A stretch of 64,000 nt of DNA from Geosiphon pyriformis uo1 (Eukaryota; Fungi; Glomeromycota): contig JAAOMT010000502.1 in assembly GCA_016748015.1 (NCBI GenBank), positions 124,001-188,000 on the forward strand, written 5' to 3'. The position numbers were made by a program, and so were the translations under genes. Positions 11,426 to 24,202 of this stretch are shown piece by piece; the stretch's first letter is position 1; each line of letters opens with the position of its first letter. Under the pieces are notes generated by a model, which had not been told where the DNA came from, did no database searches, and saw nothing but the letters and a program-made list of their open reading frames with translations.

Positions 11426-14215
11426 ATAAAAATAAAATTGATGACAAAATATATTTTCAAGAGAATCATAATTTTTGTAGAATAGAAAAAGAATTTATGT
11501 AAAAAGAAGTCAAAAGTGAAACAACAAAAATAATTAGAATAAATAATAATAATTTTTATTGTTTCAATAAGATATTAAATTTTGGATATTTGGAGGAGTT
11601 GATATCAAAATCAATATTGTTAATAAGTTTATATATTAAAAATTGAATAAAAAAAAAGTTGTTTTTACTTTAAAAATAAATAAATAAATTATTTAATGTA
11701 AATATCTGATAAGATTTCAAGTTTTTTAGTTATATATTATATATAAAGCAAATACATGTAAAAAAAATAAAGTGAAATATTTTAAACAATAATATATATT
11801 TTTTTTTATTATGCAGAATAAGTATAGTTCAATTACGTAATAATTTTTTATTATTTAAAAATATTAATATTTTTAATTTTTACAAATTAATAAAAAAAAA
11901 ACAAGATTAAAAGCAAAAATGAAAAAAAAGAATAATAAACCTAAAAAGTTAATTTTTTTTTTAATTTTATATTAAAAGATGATGGCACAAGAAAAAGAAA
12001 TAATAATAATAATAATTATACAAAAATAAAAATAAAAAAATCAATCATTTATGAACTTGACATGTTTTTTATCTTATGCATTAAGAATTTACTACGGAAA
12101 AATGTAATTTTTTCATGAATTTATTCAATAAACCTGTGAAAAAACAAGATTTTTTAATAATTTCCAATGAAAAGCATATAGAAATTTAAAGATTATCAAA
12201 AAAGATTGTTTGAGAGATTATTCCAAAAGAATATTTGATTCGCATTGATAAATAAATAGCAAATCTTTTTAGGAAAAAAAAAAAAAAACTTGTTTTTGAA
12301 AAAGTATAAAATAAGCGATTTTTTGATGAAAAAATAATTTTTTTTGTAACGTTACACGAAAATTGCTTTACGTTACTATATTTGAAATGAGAACAATGGG
12401 ACACCTAAAATGGAATACAGCGTGACTTTTTGACGGATTAAAAATTCCGGGTTGTAACTATTAGAATTATTGGATTATTACAATAATATGCATGATGACA
12501 GATTTTTTTCTTAGAAATGGTCGGAAAGCTTGCATCCCCAATTTGGGATTAGGGCAAAATAGTTTCACGAATAGCTTTTAAAAATTATAATTAAGATTAA
12601 AGACATTTTTCTAGTTTACACATTGAAATAAATAAATAAATAAATAAATAAAGATAAATGAAAAATTTAAAGTTTTTCAACCAAATTGAATTCAAATTTA
12701 TTCTTGTATAGCAATGAAAGATTAAAGATAAAGTGAGAAAAAACTAGCGCCGAAATTTTCTTTTTGGAAATTAAATGATTTGGAATTACAAAAAATTTTT
12801 TAGATTAGCATTCAAAAAATTAATTTTTTTTCTTTAGGAATCAAAGATTTATTTCCAAGTTTATGCTCATAGAAAAATAGAAATTACTTTAAATTCTTTT
12901 ATTTTTTAATTAATTAATTAATTAATTAATTTTTAAGATGTAGGTTTTCGAAAGTGAACATGTGTTTGATAACTTGTTTAAAAGTTACTCTCAAAAATAA
13001 ATGTGACAGAATAGCTTATTTATGATGTTCTGTCATACATCGCACATCTAGACTCAAATTTTTTTTAATTCGAATCGTAATATCATGTTATGACAAGATC
13101 AAAATCTAGAATATTAAACTAATAAGATTTTCAATCAAGACAAAATAACACTTTAATTAAATATTTTAAAAGATTTTCTCATAAATAAATTTACTTGAAG
13201 ATTAAGATTTATCTTATAGATATTCGAGATAAAAGTTTTTTAAAACCAAGTTTCACAATAGAATTTAAAAACTTTGAACAACATATTAACCAGCCTTTTT
13301 TTTAGGAATCAAAAAAAAAGTTTGATCATGATAATTAAATTTGATCGAGAAATATTGTGGTAACTTAATTAAACAATAATTTTTTTTAAAAAAAAAAGGG
13401 GGGCGTACTTGCAATAAGAGAACTAACTCTTTTTCAGGATTTACAGTTGAAATTTCAGGCAGAAGTGACAACACAGGTACATTCAAGCGTTCCAAAAATA
13501 AAAAGCAATTTAACTATACTTAATGATTCGAATACTGAGTAAGAATTTTATTGTGTATCTGTAAGATCCAAATTTCTTGTTTCTCGCATGGATGAATTAA
13601 TGAGTAAATGAATTAAAATACAACAATTTGAGAAATAAGAATTTCTCGGAGTAAAATTGTACAACACATACCCAAAACAGTTATGAAAATGAATGAGAGA
13701 AAGTGGTCATAAGATCAAAAAAAGAATTCGAAATTTGTTTGCCTGGTAAAGAGTATTCAGAACCCGAGTAGATGCTCTCATCAAAGAAATAGATCTTCAG
13801 TGAGGAAAATTAATTCCGACTATTTTTAGAAAAGGGACTTGTTTTCCGGTTGCGTGCCCAAACTTTTTGGATACACAATAGAATTTCTAGGAAAAAAAAA
13901 AAATCTCTATGGCATGCAGATTAATCATAGATCTTTTTAGGTTTTTACATCATTCACAATATTAGGAAATTTTGCGGAATAGTTACCTCTAATATTTTTC
14001 CAAATTAAACAATGAAAATTTTGAACAACAAAGGAATTAACATTCCGTTATTCTGCATAACAAAAAAAATAATTGTATAAATAAATCCTCAGTTAAAAAA
14101 AAAATTTTACCCAAAATAGAGATTATTATTTTTAGGGTAAAAAATCTAGATCAAGAATTCTAAACAGTCGTCCTTCAATACCACTATAAGAACTAAAAAA
14201 ATTTTGAAAAAAAAA

Positions 14216-14582
14216 ATGTCAGTAACAAATCGATACAATCAAGTGACCAGAGGTTCAAACAAAAGAGTTACACGTGTGAAAGTTGTGACCCCCATTCTAA
14301 AAGATATGGTGATTCCAGCAGACCCGGAAAAATCTTGGAACAATCAAAAAAGCTGTTTTCGTTGCAAGGAATCTAAAAATTACGTAAAGATGCTTGCAAG
14401 TAGATTGGGTGGTATCGAAGAGTTGGTGAACAATCTCTCAGATTTTATTTCCGAAACTTCAGTCGAGAAATATTCACACGTTAGTTTCAAAATAAATGAT
14501 AGTAAAAAAATATTTTGTTCTTGCAAATAAAACTTAACAATTTTTAACGTTAATTTTTTTAAAAAAAATTTATCATCATCCA

Positions 14583-14613
<31 letters not shown>

Positions 14614-14951
14614 TTTCATTCGGAATGAAAATTTATCAGTCGCATGATAAAATCCAAAAAATTGGAAACAATTTTCCGGCCAAAAAGTTATATCATGATT
14701 TAAAACTTTCTGATCACATGGATCTCGATTTTTCACGTTTTTCCCTTGATGACTTGCAAGATCTAGTAAAGAACGCGACAAGCTCTACCACTTTATATCG
14801 AAACTTTTCTTTTCAAAGTCAGCAAATCATGCTCACCGAATCAGATTTAAGCGATGAACCATTGACACCTAAAGAAGAGTACTTTCAAATAGATCCTCCT
14901 ATTAAAATAGAAAATCATTGTAACAATCCTTTAATTTATCAAACTGTTTGA
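14216..14951 (+). CDS. hypothetical protein, 2 exons (14216-14479, 14640-14951), with CxxC followed by a coiled-coil-like segment
   Basis: Two ORFs joined in frame by a GTTAGT...TCAG intron (14480-14639); CFRC then LASRLGGIEELVNNL. Confidence 0.65.
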
Positions 14952-15095
14952 ATATATTTCCTTTTCATTATAAACCACTAACACCTTTTTACCTTTTAAG
15001 AAATTCTTTTTAACCATTCTCTAAATAAGTTATTGACCACCTTACGCATTTTTTTCATTCGACTTTCTACCACCCATCTTTAAATATATTTGAAA

Positions 15096-15097
<2 letters not shown>

Positions 15098-15131
<34 letters not shown>

Positions 15132-15143
15132 TCCCTCTCCCTC
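15098..15143. repeat. (CT)n microsatellite
   Basis: Directly visible CT run grading into CTCTCC units. Confidence 0.9.
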
Positions 15144-15493
15144 TTAAGAATTCCATGCTTTACTTTAAATTAAATTAAATTAAATTAATCATTTTTACGA
15201 AAAATAATTTGAATTATATCCGCCTGAACAGAAATATGCTTGAAAAGCAATCATTAGCTAAGTAATTTTAATTTGACCAATTTGCAAACATTTAGGTTGT
15301 TTCGCAATAATTTATCTCAAAGCAATAAAGAATGACAGCAATAATTGGTCTGGTTTTGTTTGATTTAAAATAATTATATATGAAACAAGTCAAAATATTT
15401 TTTTTATGACTCATATGTATATTTTCTATAAAAAATAAGGTTAGTTCAAATTTTCTCTTAACACAAATAAAATAAGGTATTTTATATATTTAA

Positions 15494-15541
15494 AACAAGA
15501 ACAAGAACAAGAACAACAACAACAATAACAATAACAATAAC

Positions 15542-15580
<39 letters not shown>
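15494..15580. repeat. compound (AACAAG)/(AAC)/(AAT) microsatellite
   Basis: Directly visible. Confidence 0.9.
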
Positions 15581-15581
<1 letters not shown>

Positions 15582-16220
15582 TTCAGTATAAAATTATCTT
15601 TTTTAAATTTAAAAAATATTCAAGCTAAAGGATTAATAATTTAGAATTTTTTGTCGAATCGAAAAATTTATTTGCAAGATATATTTAAATAATGAATCGA
15701 TCAAATTTATTAAAAAATGATTTATTAGGAATTGAATCCAATTTTTAAAAATTAAAATCAATTTCATCTTTTATCTTGCGTTTTAAAGTGGAGAGAGTCA
15801 TTAATGTACAATATTTTTGCTTTCATTAGTATAAGTTACTTTTCATGAGATTTTAAGATAAATCCTCTGTTTTAATCAATCGTATCGATAGATTATCGAA
15901 ATTTATTCAATATTTGAAGGTTTAAATAAGAGGAATAAAGTTTTTGTAATGCGATTAAAAGATGAACTTTTTTGGCTTTAAACTTTATAAAGTTTTAATC
16001 AAGGACCAAATGCATCAGTTTAAGGAGATTTCACTAAAATCTTTTAATTTTGAAAAAAAAATTTTCTATCGATAAAAATCTCCAGCACAATGGCATTCCT
16101 TGCAAAGAAAATTTAATCACCAATGATTAAGCATTGAAAAAAGGGTTCGAGAAAAAGCAATACGTTTATATAAGCTTTTTTTAGCACCAAATTTGGAACA
16201 AAATAATTACTCAATTAAGA

Positions 16221-16940
16221 ATGGTTTCAAAAGGAACACTTGACTCAAAACTCACCATCCTTGTACTGCTCGCTATTTCCACTATTCTACGCTTGTCGAT
16301 CGTATATTCTTTTCCATCATTTTTACCTGCTGACACATGTCCGGTTATTCAATTGAGCAATCTTTTAGTACGTAATGTACTCGAGATACCTGCAACTTCA
16401 AACCCACTGAAACTGTTCCAACGACAATTAGAGAATGAGCCCGAGGGGTTGGATGAAGAAGCGGAAGAAATAGTTGAGGAGAATGAAGAATCTGGAGAGC
16501 GAGAGGATTACGAAGAGGAAGGAATATATGAGGATGATGAAGAAGATGAGGAAGGGGAGGAAATAATTGAATTAGATGAAAAATTAGGAGAATATAAAGA
16601 ACTGGGCGAGGGTGAAGAAATATGTGAATTGGATGAAGAATTGAGAGAGGGCGAAGAAATATATGAATTAGATGAAGAATTGGGAAAAGAAGGCGAGGAA
16701 AGGGATATTATTGAAGGGAAAGAAAATTTTAACGAATCTATAAATTCAATTGATGATGAACTTGATAAACTGTATGATAATTTTAGAGGTCATTGGCATG
16801 GACGTGGTCATATGCAACCAAATCGGTATCATGGACGTTGCCCTAGTAGAGCTGGTCGTTATTTTGTAAATCCAATTAATGATTGTGGTCGTGAGAAACG
16901 AATTCCGTATCCTAATTACTATAAACGTGATGAACTATAA
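16221..16940 (+). CDS. putative secretory-pathway protein with Glu-rich repeats and C-terminal KRDEL
   Basis: Single-exon 239-aa ORF with hydrophobic N-terminus (LTILVLLAISTILRLSIVYS), three GEEI(I/C/Y)ELDE(E/K)L repeats and terminal RDEL. TATA-like TATATAA ~50 bp upstream. Confidence 0.7.
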   Translation: MVSKGTLDSKLTILVLLAISTILRLSIVYSFPSFLPADTCPVIQLSNLLVRNVLEIPATSNPLKLFQRQLENEPEGLDEEAEEIVEENEESGEREDYEEEGIYEDDEEDEEGEEIIELDEKLGEYKELGEGEEICELDEELREGEEIYELDEELGKEGEERDIIEGKENFNESINSIDDELDKLYDNFRGHWHGRGHMQPNRYHGRCPSRAGRYFVNPINDCGREKRIPYPNYYKRDEL

Positions 16941-18196
16941 ATCATCTGTATTTTATTTGTAGCAAATAATTTAGTATGTAACATTGTGTTTGTGTTTATG
17001 TTTGTAAACTTGATCGAATTTTCTATTTAAAAAACCTTACATCAATGGCTAATATTTTTCCAATAAAGAACTGAGACCTTATTTTTAAGAATACCAAATT
17101 TTAAATTTATAGGCCCATAAAAAATTTAATTGGTTCTCGTTAGTATTACATTTTTTTCTTTTGGAATATTACACAATTCCGTATACTGCATTAACACAAA
17201 ATTTTTCTCTTTGTATATGAAATAAAAATATTAACCACCAAGAAAGCTTAAAATTGAGATTTCTTTTTTAATTTTCGTTCCCAAATTTATTATTCTTTTT
17301 AAGATTGTTTATTCATTTGAATCACAAATTTTAAATTGAATAAATAATCACATTTTTTAAATGAAAAAAAATCTTTTTCAAAAAGTAAGAATTGATTTAA
17401 AAAGGGAATTTATAATAGATATTCAGTAGATGAAAAGAATTATTTATGTTTTTGAACAAAGTTTTATATTTTGAAATTTAATTTTTTCTCCAAATTTTCT
17501 TATAAATTTTTGTTTTCAAGTATGAATGTAATTAAATTTTCATAAACTTGACTTTTATTTCTAATAACAAAATATAAATTGTTTAATAAGAAAATCTTTG
17601 ATCTTTTTCAATTTTCTTCCACTTTTCCAACAAAAAACCTAATATAAATTTATTAATAATTTATTTTTTTCTATACCAAAGTACAATGATTTATGTTAAA
17701 CCATTTAATATAATTAGAAAATGTAAAATATAACTAAAATTGACCTCATCTAGAATTAAATTGAAATTGAACCGTGAATTAAATACTGAATAAATTTTTT
17801 AATTCACAAAGTATTTCAAAAAGAATGCACTCTTTATTGATTTGATCCCGCATAATTGAAAACTAATTTTTAGATGTCTTTTGACCGATTTCAAACATAA
17901 GAATTCGACTAATTAAGCTAAGTATAAAATTGATTTTTTACTCGTTTCCGTATTGATAATAAAAGTATATTTTTAAAATCAAAATTTCACCAGTTTCACA
18001 CTTAAAAATGTTCTCTTTTAGAGAGGTTAAGATTTGATCCGACAATTTTTTATACGAAAAAATACAAGTATATCTTTTATTGTAAAAATATTTAATTGGA
18101 AGCTTTATTGATGTACCAAAAGTCAATCGTATTCAGCTTTGAAATTCTCAAAATCAAACTAAACAGATAAATCTAACTGCTTCATTCAAAAGATAA

Positions 18197-20498
18197 ACGT
18201 GATAACTGTCTGAAGCAAGGGTGTTAATATGATTCGAGAGTGCCAGGGTCATAGGTGTGTTTCGAATTAATCAATTCAATATTCTGTAAATAAATAAATA
18301 TATATATATATAATTAAATCGGATTTTGGTTTCTAAAAGTTTACACAAAGAATACACACCTTTGGCTATTAGATAAACCATCTCAGTTACATTCTATCTC
18401 TCGCATTGTCTTCATCCTTTAAAAATTAACTATAATTAAATTTTCTTTTAAATCCAAATGCATTTTAAACTCGATATTCAAAGCAGATCTAAAATTATAA
18501 TGGCAACTTTCATACTATCGATATATTATTTTTTGATACACGGAAACCAAAAAAATTTGATAGATTTAAAAGTTTTTCAAAATATTAAGTTCGTTCAAAA
18601 ATTAGATAAAAATCAAGATTTTTTAACTATAATGAAGCGGGTGAATCTTACCAAGTTATTGCTAAATACGAATCAAGCTATAAAACGTTCACGATCAGAA
18701 TTTAAAATGCCAATCAAATTTGAAGATTTGGATGTGCGCCTGGTCAACGCTCCAAGTTTGATAAATTTTGTAGACTGCGCAGGACTAAATAACATTGGTT
18801 CAAAAGTGTTTGGTTTGCAAATAAAAGGTATTTTTATTGTACAGTCAAATATTTTAATATTAAGACTGTTTTCTAAAAAGATGTTTTAGTGCATACACAT
18901 CTCTGGTCGCAAATGAGCTTTCAGGGCCACGAACAGAGGTTTACTGATTTAGCAATAATATTTGTCGGCCCAGTAAGATTCTTGATTTTCATGATTGCTA
19001 TACCTTTTTTTTTCACTAAAATAACGTCAATAATTTCTCTTTTACACAAAAGAAATTAACAAAGCAAGAATGGAGTTCGAGAAATCCTACACTAGCGCAG
19101 CCAAAATTTAGAGGGGGACCATATTTACCCAAGACGACCAAACTTGTGGATTCACAATTGTTTGAAGAAGTAAAACTATTATTCCCTGAGTTGAAAAGAG
19201 CTATTCGGGAGCACTTGAAGGACCCTTTAATCGATAGTTTTTCGAATATTTTGTTTGTTGGGCATAGTCTTGGTGGAGGTTTGTTACCTAAATATTTCTA
19301 TATTTTTAGTAATCAAGGTAAACTTGAATTATATTTAGCTTCTAATGGGATAAATTTTATTTTCAATATAATAGCATACGCTTCAATTGCTGGCTATCTG
19401 TGGGCAAAGGAAGTTTATGAAATAGAATCATATGACAAAGAGAGACCTATACTAATTACTTTTGGGGCTCCGAGAGTTGGAAACCCGGAATTTCGTATAA
19501 GCGGGAATAAAGCAATATATCATTATCGCATCACCCATGGAAACGATCATGTTCCACACTTTCCATTGGCTACAATGGGGTGGAAGCACTTTGGTCATGA
19601 AATATGGATCGAGCCATTAGACACGTGTGATTGTACTGAGTATCAAGAGAAATATTGGGATTGTGATCGTTCTCAATGGCCTCAACTAAGAGAAATAGAG
19701 TATAGGGAGAATAAGGTCAGTACACACTTGTCCGGTTGTGAAATGTTTTTTACATCGTAAAACTGAAAAAGTTGTGCTATCTATATTAGGAATGTAATAT
19801 AGGTCAACCAATAGACAAGGTTCCAGACCAATTTTTTCATAATGGCCCTTATTTTGGAGTTGAAATTGGCAATTGCGAATAAATTAAAGGGGAGCACTAA
19901 AAGATAGAATAATAATTGAATATTTCGATTCATTTTATTACAAAAATTTAACTTTAATATTTTTGATTATGCATATATCCTAAAATTTTATCAATATTTT
20001 TGGAAAAATAGAGTTTATTTTAAATTAGAAACTTTATAAAATCAATCTTTGATATCGTTTGAAAAATTATTCACGTATTTAGAGTGGCATAAAAAGATTT
20101 AAAGCCTGGACTTTGAATTTTCTTTAAAAAGTAGGGCTTGTGATTGAAGTAATGAGATCAATTTTTAAGCACAATTTTACTTATATACATATTTTTGAGA
20201 CTCTTAAAACAATCAAAGTTGTTTGTCAAGACAAAACTCAAAACAACTCATCTTTACAATTGTCTTTTGAAAACTTAAATATACCAATATAGTAGCTTTC
20301 CTCTAATAATAGAACCAGGTGTTAATATAATTATAGTGACAATTATTTTAATGAAAATCAATTCACAATTTGTATCAGCGATATTTAAAATTACAAAAAA
20401 AAATTCAGGCAACTAGAAAAGCTGCTATAGTTAATTTCAATAAAGCTCCTCCTTATAACTGAATTTACCCGTGTAAGTTATTTAATATTCACTTTTTA
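18197..20498 (+). repeat. copy 1 of a ~2.2-kb inverted segmental duplication (partner ~32380-34520)
   Basis: Upstream, intronic and downstream sequence matches the reverse complement of 32380-34520, e.g. GAAGCAAGG..ATGATTCGAGAGTGCCA and CCCGTGTAA.TTATTTAATATTCA. Confidence 0.9.
18458..19882 (+). CDS. class-3 lipase (Lipase_3, alpha/beta hydrolase), 5 exons
   Basis: Spliced frame is open: FVGHSLGGAYA (nucleophile), ITFGAPRVGN, RITHGNDHVPHFP (Asp), WKHFGHEIWI, FFHNGPYFGVEIGNCE* (His). N-terminal hydrophobic segment; GT-AG introns. Confidence 0.88.
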
Positions 20499-21429
20499 AT
20501 GACCAAGCATTTTGTGTTTAATGGTGAAGCTCATGGAAGAAAAAGACTTTTTGAAAAAAATTTCTAAAGATTTGTCAAAAATTGGTAAGGAATTATCTCT
20601 TTGATATTTTTTGGAATTCTATTCACCATTAGCTATATTTGTTTAGTTGCAAAAAATTTCTATGGTCATGAATTTCAAAAGGAGATTTATTTTTCCTTGT
20701 CTAAAGAAACGCAACCAACCAACCAATGAATTACATGTATTATTGAAGAGACGATACTGACTCAAAAGATAGCTTTGTAAAATTTATTTTGCCTTCCCTT
20801 GCGTCACATTCTTAAACTTTGGAATAGGTTGTCATACTCTCAAGTGATTTCGCCGATACTCATCCTTTTAATAGACTAGCCAGTTGTATTCTCATAAAAA
20901 AGCCAACTTTCTCAAAATGTACGAATTTTGATTTTCATGTGGTGGAGCCGTTCCTTCCATAAAGTTAGATTAAATATTTAAGGCAAATTTTTGTTAGGTG
21001 AGTGGAATAGTGGGAAAGGTAACAGGCAAGAATGGAAGAAAGTAGTAGAAAATTTAGCGGAAAATGCGAAAAAGATCTTCCTGATTTTTTCAGCAGTCAA
21101 CGTGAAAAATGGAAGATGATCGGTATTTCTGCTAAAGGCAAACGGTTTTCTTGAGCCCTTTACTCTTGAGCTTTGATTAAAGACGAGACTAAAAAATTTT
21201 AAGATATTTCATGATTTATTGAATTAGCTCTATAAAGAATTTCCTATGAAAGTTAAGTTAGCTAAGTTGCAAAATTAGAAAAACCTTATGAGCTATCAAT
21301 AAAATTTAATAGGTCGAAAACATGAGGCTTTCCCGCAGTTTTAAAAGCCTCATCTTAAATTGGAAAAAAATTATTAGATAAAAGCTAAAAACTCCCCAGA
21401 ACAGACAATTCCTACTTCATTTTTAAAAA

Positions 21430-21960
21430 ATGCATACAGAACATTTTCTTTCCCTTTTCTTTTACATGATCATTTTATTTGCATTAAATATTAACGCTTT
21501 TATTCCACCAATTTTAACTGGGACTTATAAATATAAAATAGACAATCCAAAGCCAAATACGTTTTTTAAAGGTCACGCTGGGGTCATGATTAATTATACT
21601 TTCGAAGAACCAAGCGACAAAGAGGTTTTCTATTTGACCATTTTACTCCTTGGAAAAGACCGTGATAAGAAAATGACCTTGGTCGAAAACGCTGATACAA
21701 CAAAAGGAAATCATCAAGTTAAAGTTTTATTCCCTGGGAGTATTACGAGTGGGAATCATTTTCTTCGATTCAATGAGGTATAGGTCAAGATTTGTTAAAT
21801 CAGAATATCTTGATTTTGATATTTAATGAAGTTTTTATTTAAAGACAACAAGGAATGGTGGTTTTAATACGACAATTTACTATCTGAACGATATTCCATT
21901 CAAGTACAAAAAGTTTTAATCAGGTTTTCTATCCTGACTTTGTTGATAAAATTAAATTGA
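21430..21960 (+). CDS. small secreted protein, probably beta-sandwich; 3' end uncertain
   Basis: Signal-peptide-like N-terminus (FLSLFFYMIILFALNINA). Exon 1 ends at GAG|GTATAG; exon 2 resumes TTRNGGFNTTIYYLNDIPFQ. A possible third exon runs to ~22030. Confidence 0.6.
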
Positions 21961-23297
21961 TTTGAAATTGATAGGTAGACTACAAAATTAAACCTTTTAT
22001 CAAAAATATGTTTAACGTCAATTGTATATAAATAAAAAGTATCCAAATAATTATATGGCTCGGCTTAATGAATTCATTGATAAAATGAAGGTATATTTCT
22101 AAAGAAATACTGTTTATGATATAAACAGAATTTTTGGTCTTATCAATAAAGAACGGGAAGTAACAGAGAAATATGAAAATAATAAAAATATTTAATGATT
22201 GTCAATAAAAAGATAAATAGTTTTTAAAAATCCTGTATCTTAATTGACACTTTTAAAATTCAATAATAGAAACAGATATTTGTTTAAAAAATAAATTATT
22301 TTTTGTAAAAACTTTTTTGTTTGTACAAACATTTCGTAAATCAAATGAAGTTTCGATATTTAAAAAATTTTCAAATTATTCAGAATAAATTTTTATTTTT
22401 TTTTGTAATTTAAATACTACATTTGCATATACATTGAAAAAATACATTAGACTAAATATTTAAAATCTCCAGAAATTAAATTTAAATAAAGTATATATTC
22501 AGAAAATTAGCTTGGATAACTTTTTAAAACTCTTTATTATGAATAATTTAGCTTTAGAAAAAAAAAACCAAAGCCATAAGAATTTAACAATTTTCTTTTA
22601 ATGCTTTCAGTAAATTTCATTAAAGTCTGAAAGGATTCTTGAACAAATAATTTTTATAACAATCTAAATGATATACTTCAAGTTGCTAACATATGTATAT
22701 ATAGGGGTATTTCCAATAAAGCAATTTACTAACCTAAGCCTCAATAAAAGGTATAAATCATAGGGGGTCTACAAGTCAGTAATTTGTCAATAAATTCTTT
22801 AGGTGAATAATAATCAATAAGCATTTTAGAATTGGATATATCAAAACCATCTTTTTAAACCTGAAATGAGTTATAGATATTAGATTTTTATATATATTTT
22901 GTATTATTCATCTATTCATTATGAATTTTAGTTTTTTTTGAAATTAAGTTTCTTTTGACAAATAAAAAATTGTACTTTAATTTTAAGAATATTGAACGTT
23001 TCTTATTCATGATGATTAAACCTTTTACAAATATCGAAGGTATTTTTGAAAATTTACAAAAATCTGTTCCTTCTGTTGGTTTTTGATGTTTATATGTAGA
23101 AAAAATATAACAAATCTTACTTTTAAGTTTGAACAAAAATATTTTTAAATTTGTAAACTTTCTATTAAAATTATATTGTCTTTTATTTTGTCTTGGTATT
23201 GGAAATGAGAAATAAAATAATTGGAACAATTCTAATTAGAATAAAAAATATTCTATTTAATAATTCATTTCTTAATAAAATTGGCTTTGTACATGTA

Positions 23298-23383
23298 CCG
23301 TATTCTTCCGAAAATAAACACCACTTAATCGACATGATTTTGACTCCAAATAGGGGGTAATACTTATTTACTGAAAAATATGG
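23298..23383. mobile_element. 86-bp Tc1/mariner-superfamily (pogo-like) MITE
   Basis: TA|CCGTATTCTTCCGAAAATAA ... TTATTTACTGAAAAATATGG|TA: imperfect ~20-bp TIRs flanked by TA on both sides. Confidence 0.6.
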
Positions 23384-24202
23384 TACCTATCTCTCTTAAT
23401 AGTCAAAGTTATTCCTAAAATTTCTAGTCTAGTTAATTTTCAGAACAATGATAACTTCAAGAAATCATTTCAAAAAATTAGTTTTGCTCTAGGATTTTAG
23501 TAGCTAGCTCATTTTCGATTGATTAGTTATGTTTGTAGAATTACCTTGAAATCAGTGTATCGAATTTTAAATGATGTGAAGATAGCGTTCTTTTATTTCA
23601 AAATATTTTGTCAAACTCATCGAATTTCCCCCCCTCCAGAAACAATTGAACTTCAAAAGAAATTCTTTAATATCTTTATAAAAGGTTTACTCTAGAATAA
23701 TGAGTAAAACATCATTAATACAAGTTTTGAACCTCATAGATTCCAAGAATGTAAAATTTCATTACTGTGGAAAAATTTATTTATAATCTTGTTAATTTTA
23801 TGTACACTCATCTTTCTATGATCTTTTTAAAAAAAAGTGTCCATGAATTTTTTATTTGAAGGCTTTCTTCGAACCAATATAAATAAATAAATAAAGATAG
23901 CTTTTCTGCATCATTATGCTGTGGCTCAAACGATTCTCTATGTCCCCGTATTTATATATAGTACTATCATACCAAATGACTTCACTTTTTAGGAATGTTT
24001 GTAATACTATCATCATGATTATTAAACGATCAGCCTATGTATAAAATAACCAGCTTTTGTTAATTATTTCACACCCCCATGACCAGCGTTTAAAAATATT
24101 TTATGTTCCTGTAACTCATATTTAGTTTATAGTGTGAAAAATACTTACAATTTTTCAAAAATAAATCTAATTACAACCTTTTTTTTTTGGTATTTCGCAG
24201 CT

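Noticed and set aside
11430-12400. IS607 serine recombinase (TnpA) upstream of the Fanzor remnant
   Set aside because: The region is AT-rich with no YxRVS or MerR-HTH-like remnant visible.
20500-21250. Coding-like GC-richer stretch
   Set aside because: Stops in all frames examined and no recognisable motif; cannot be assigned.
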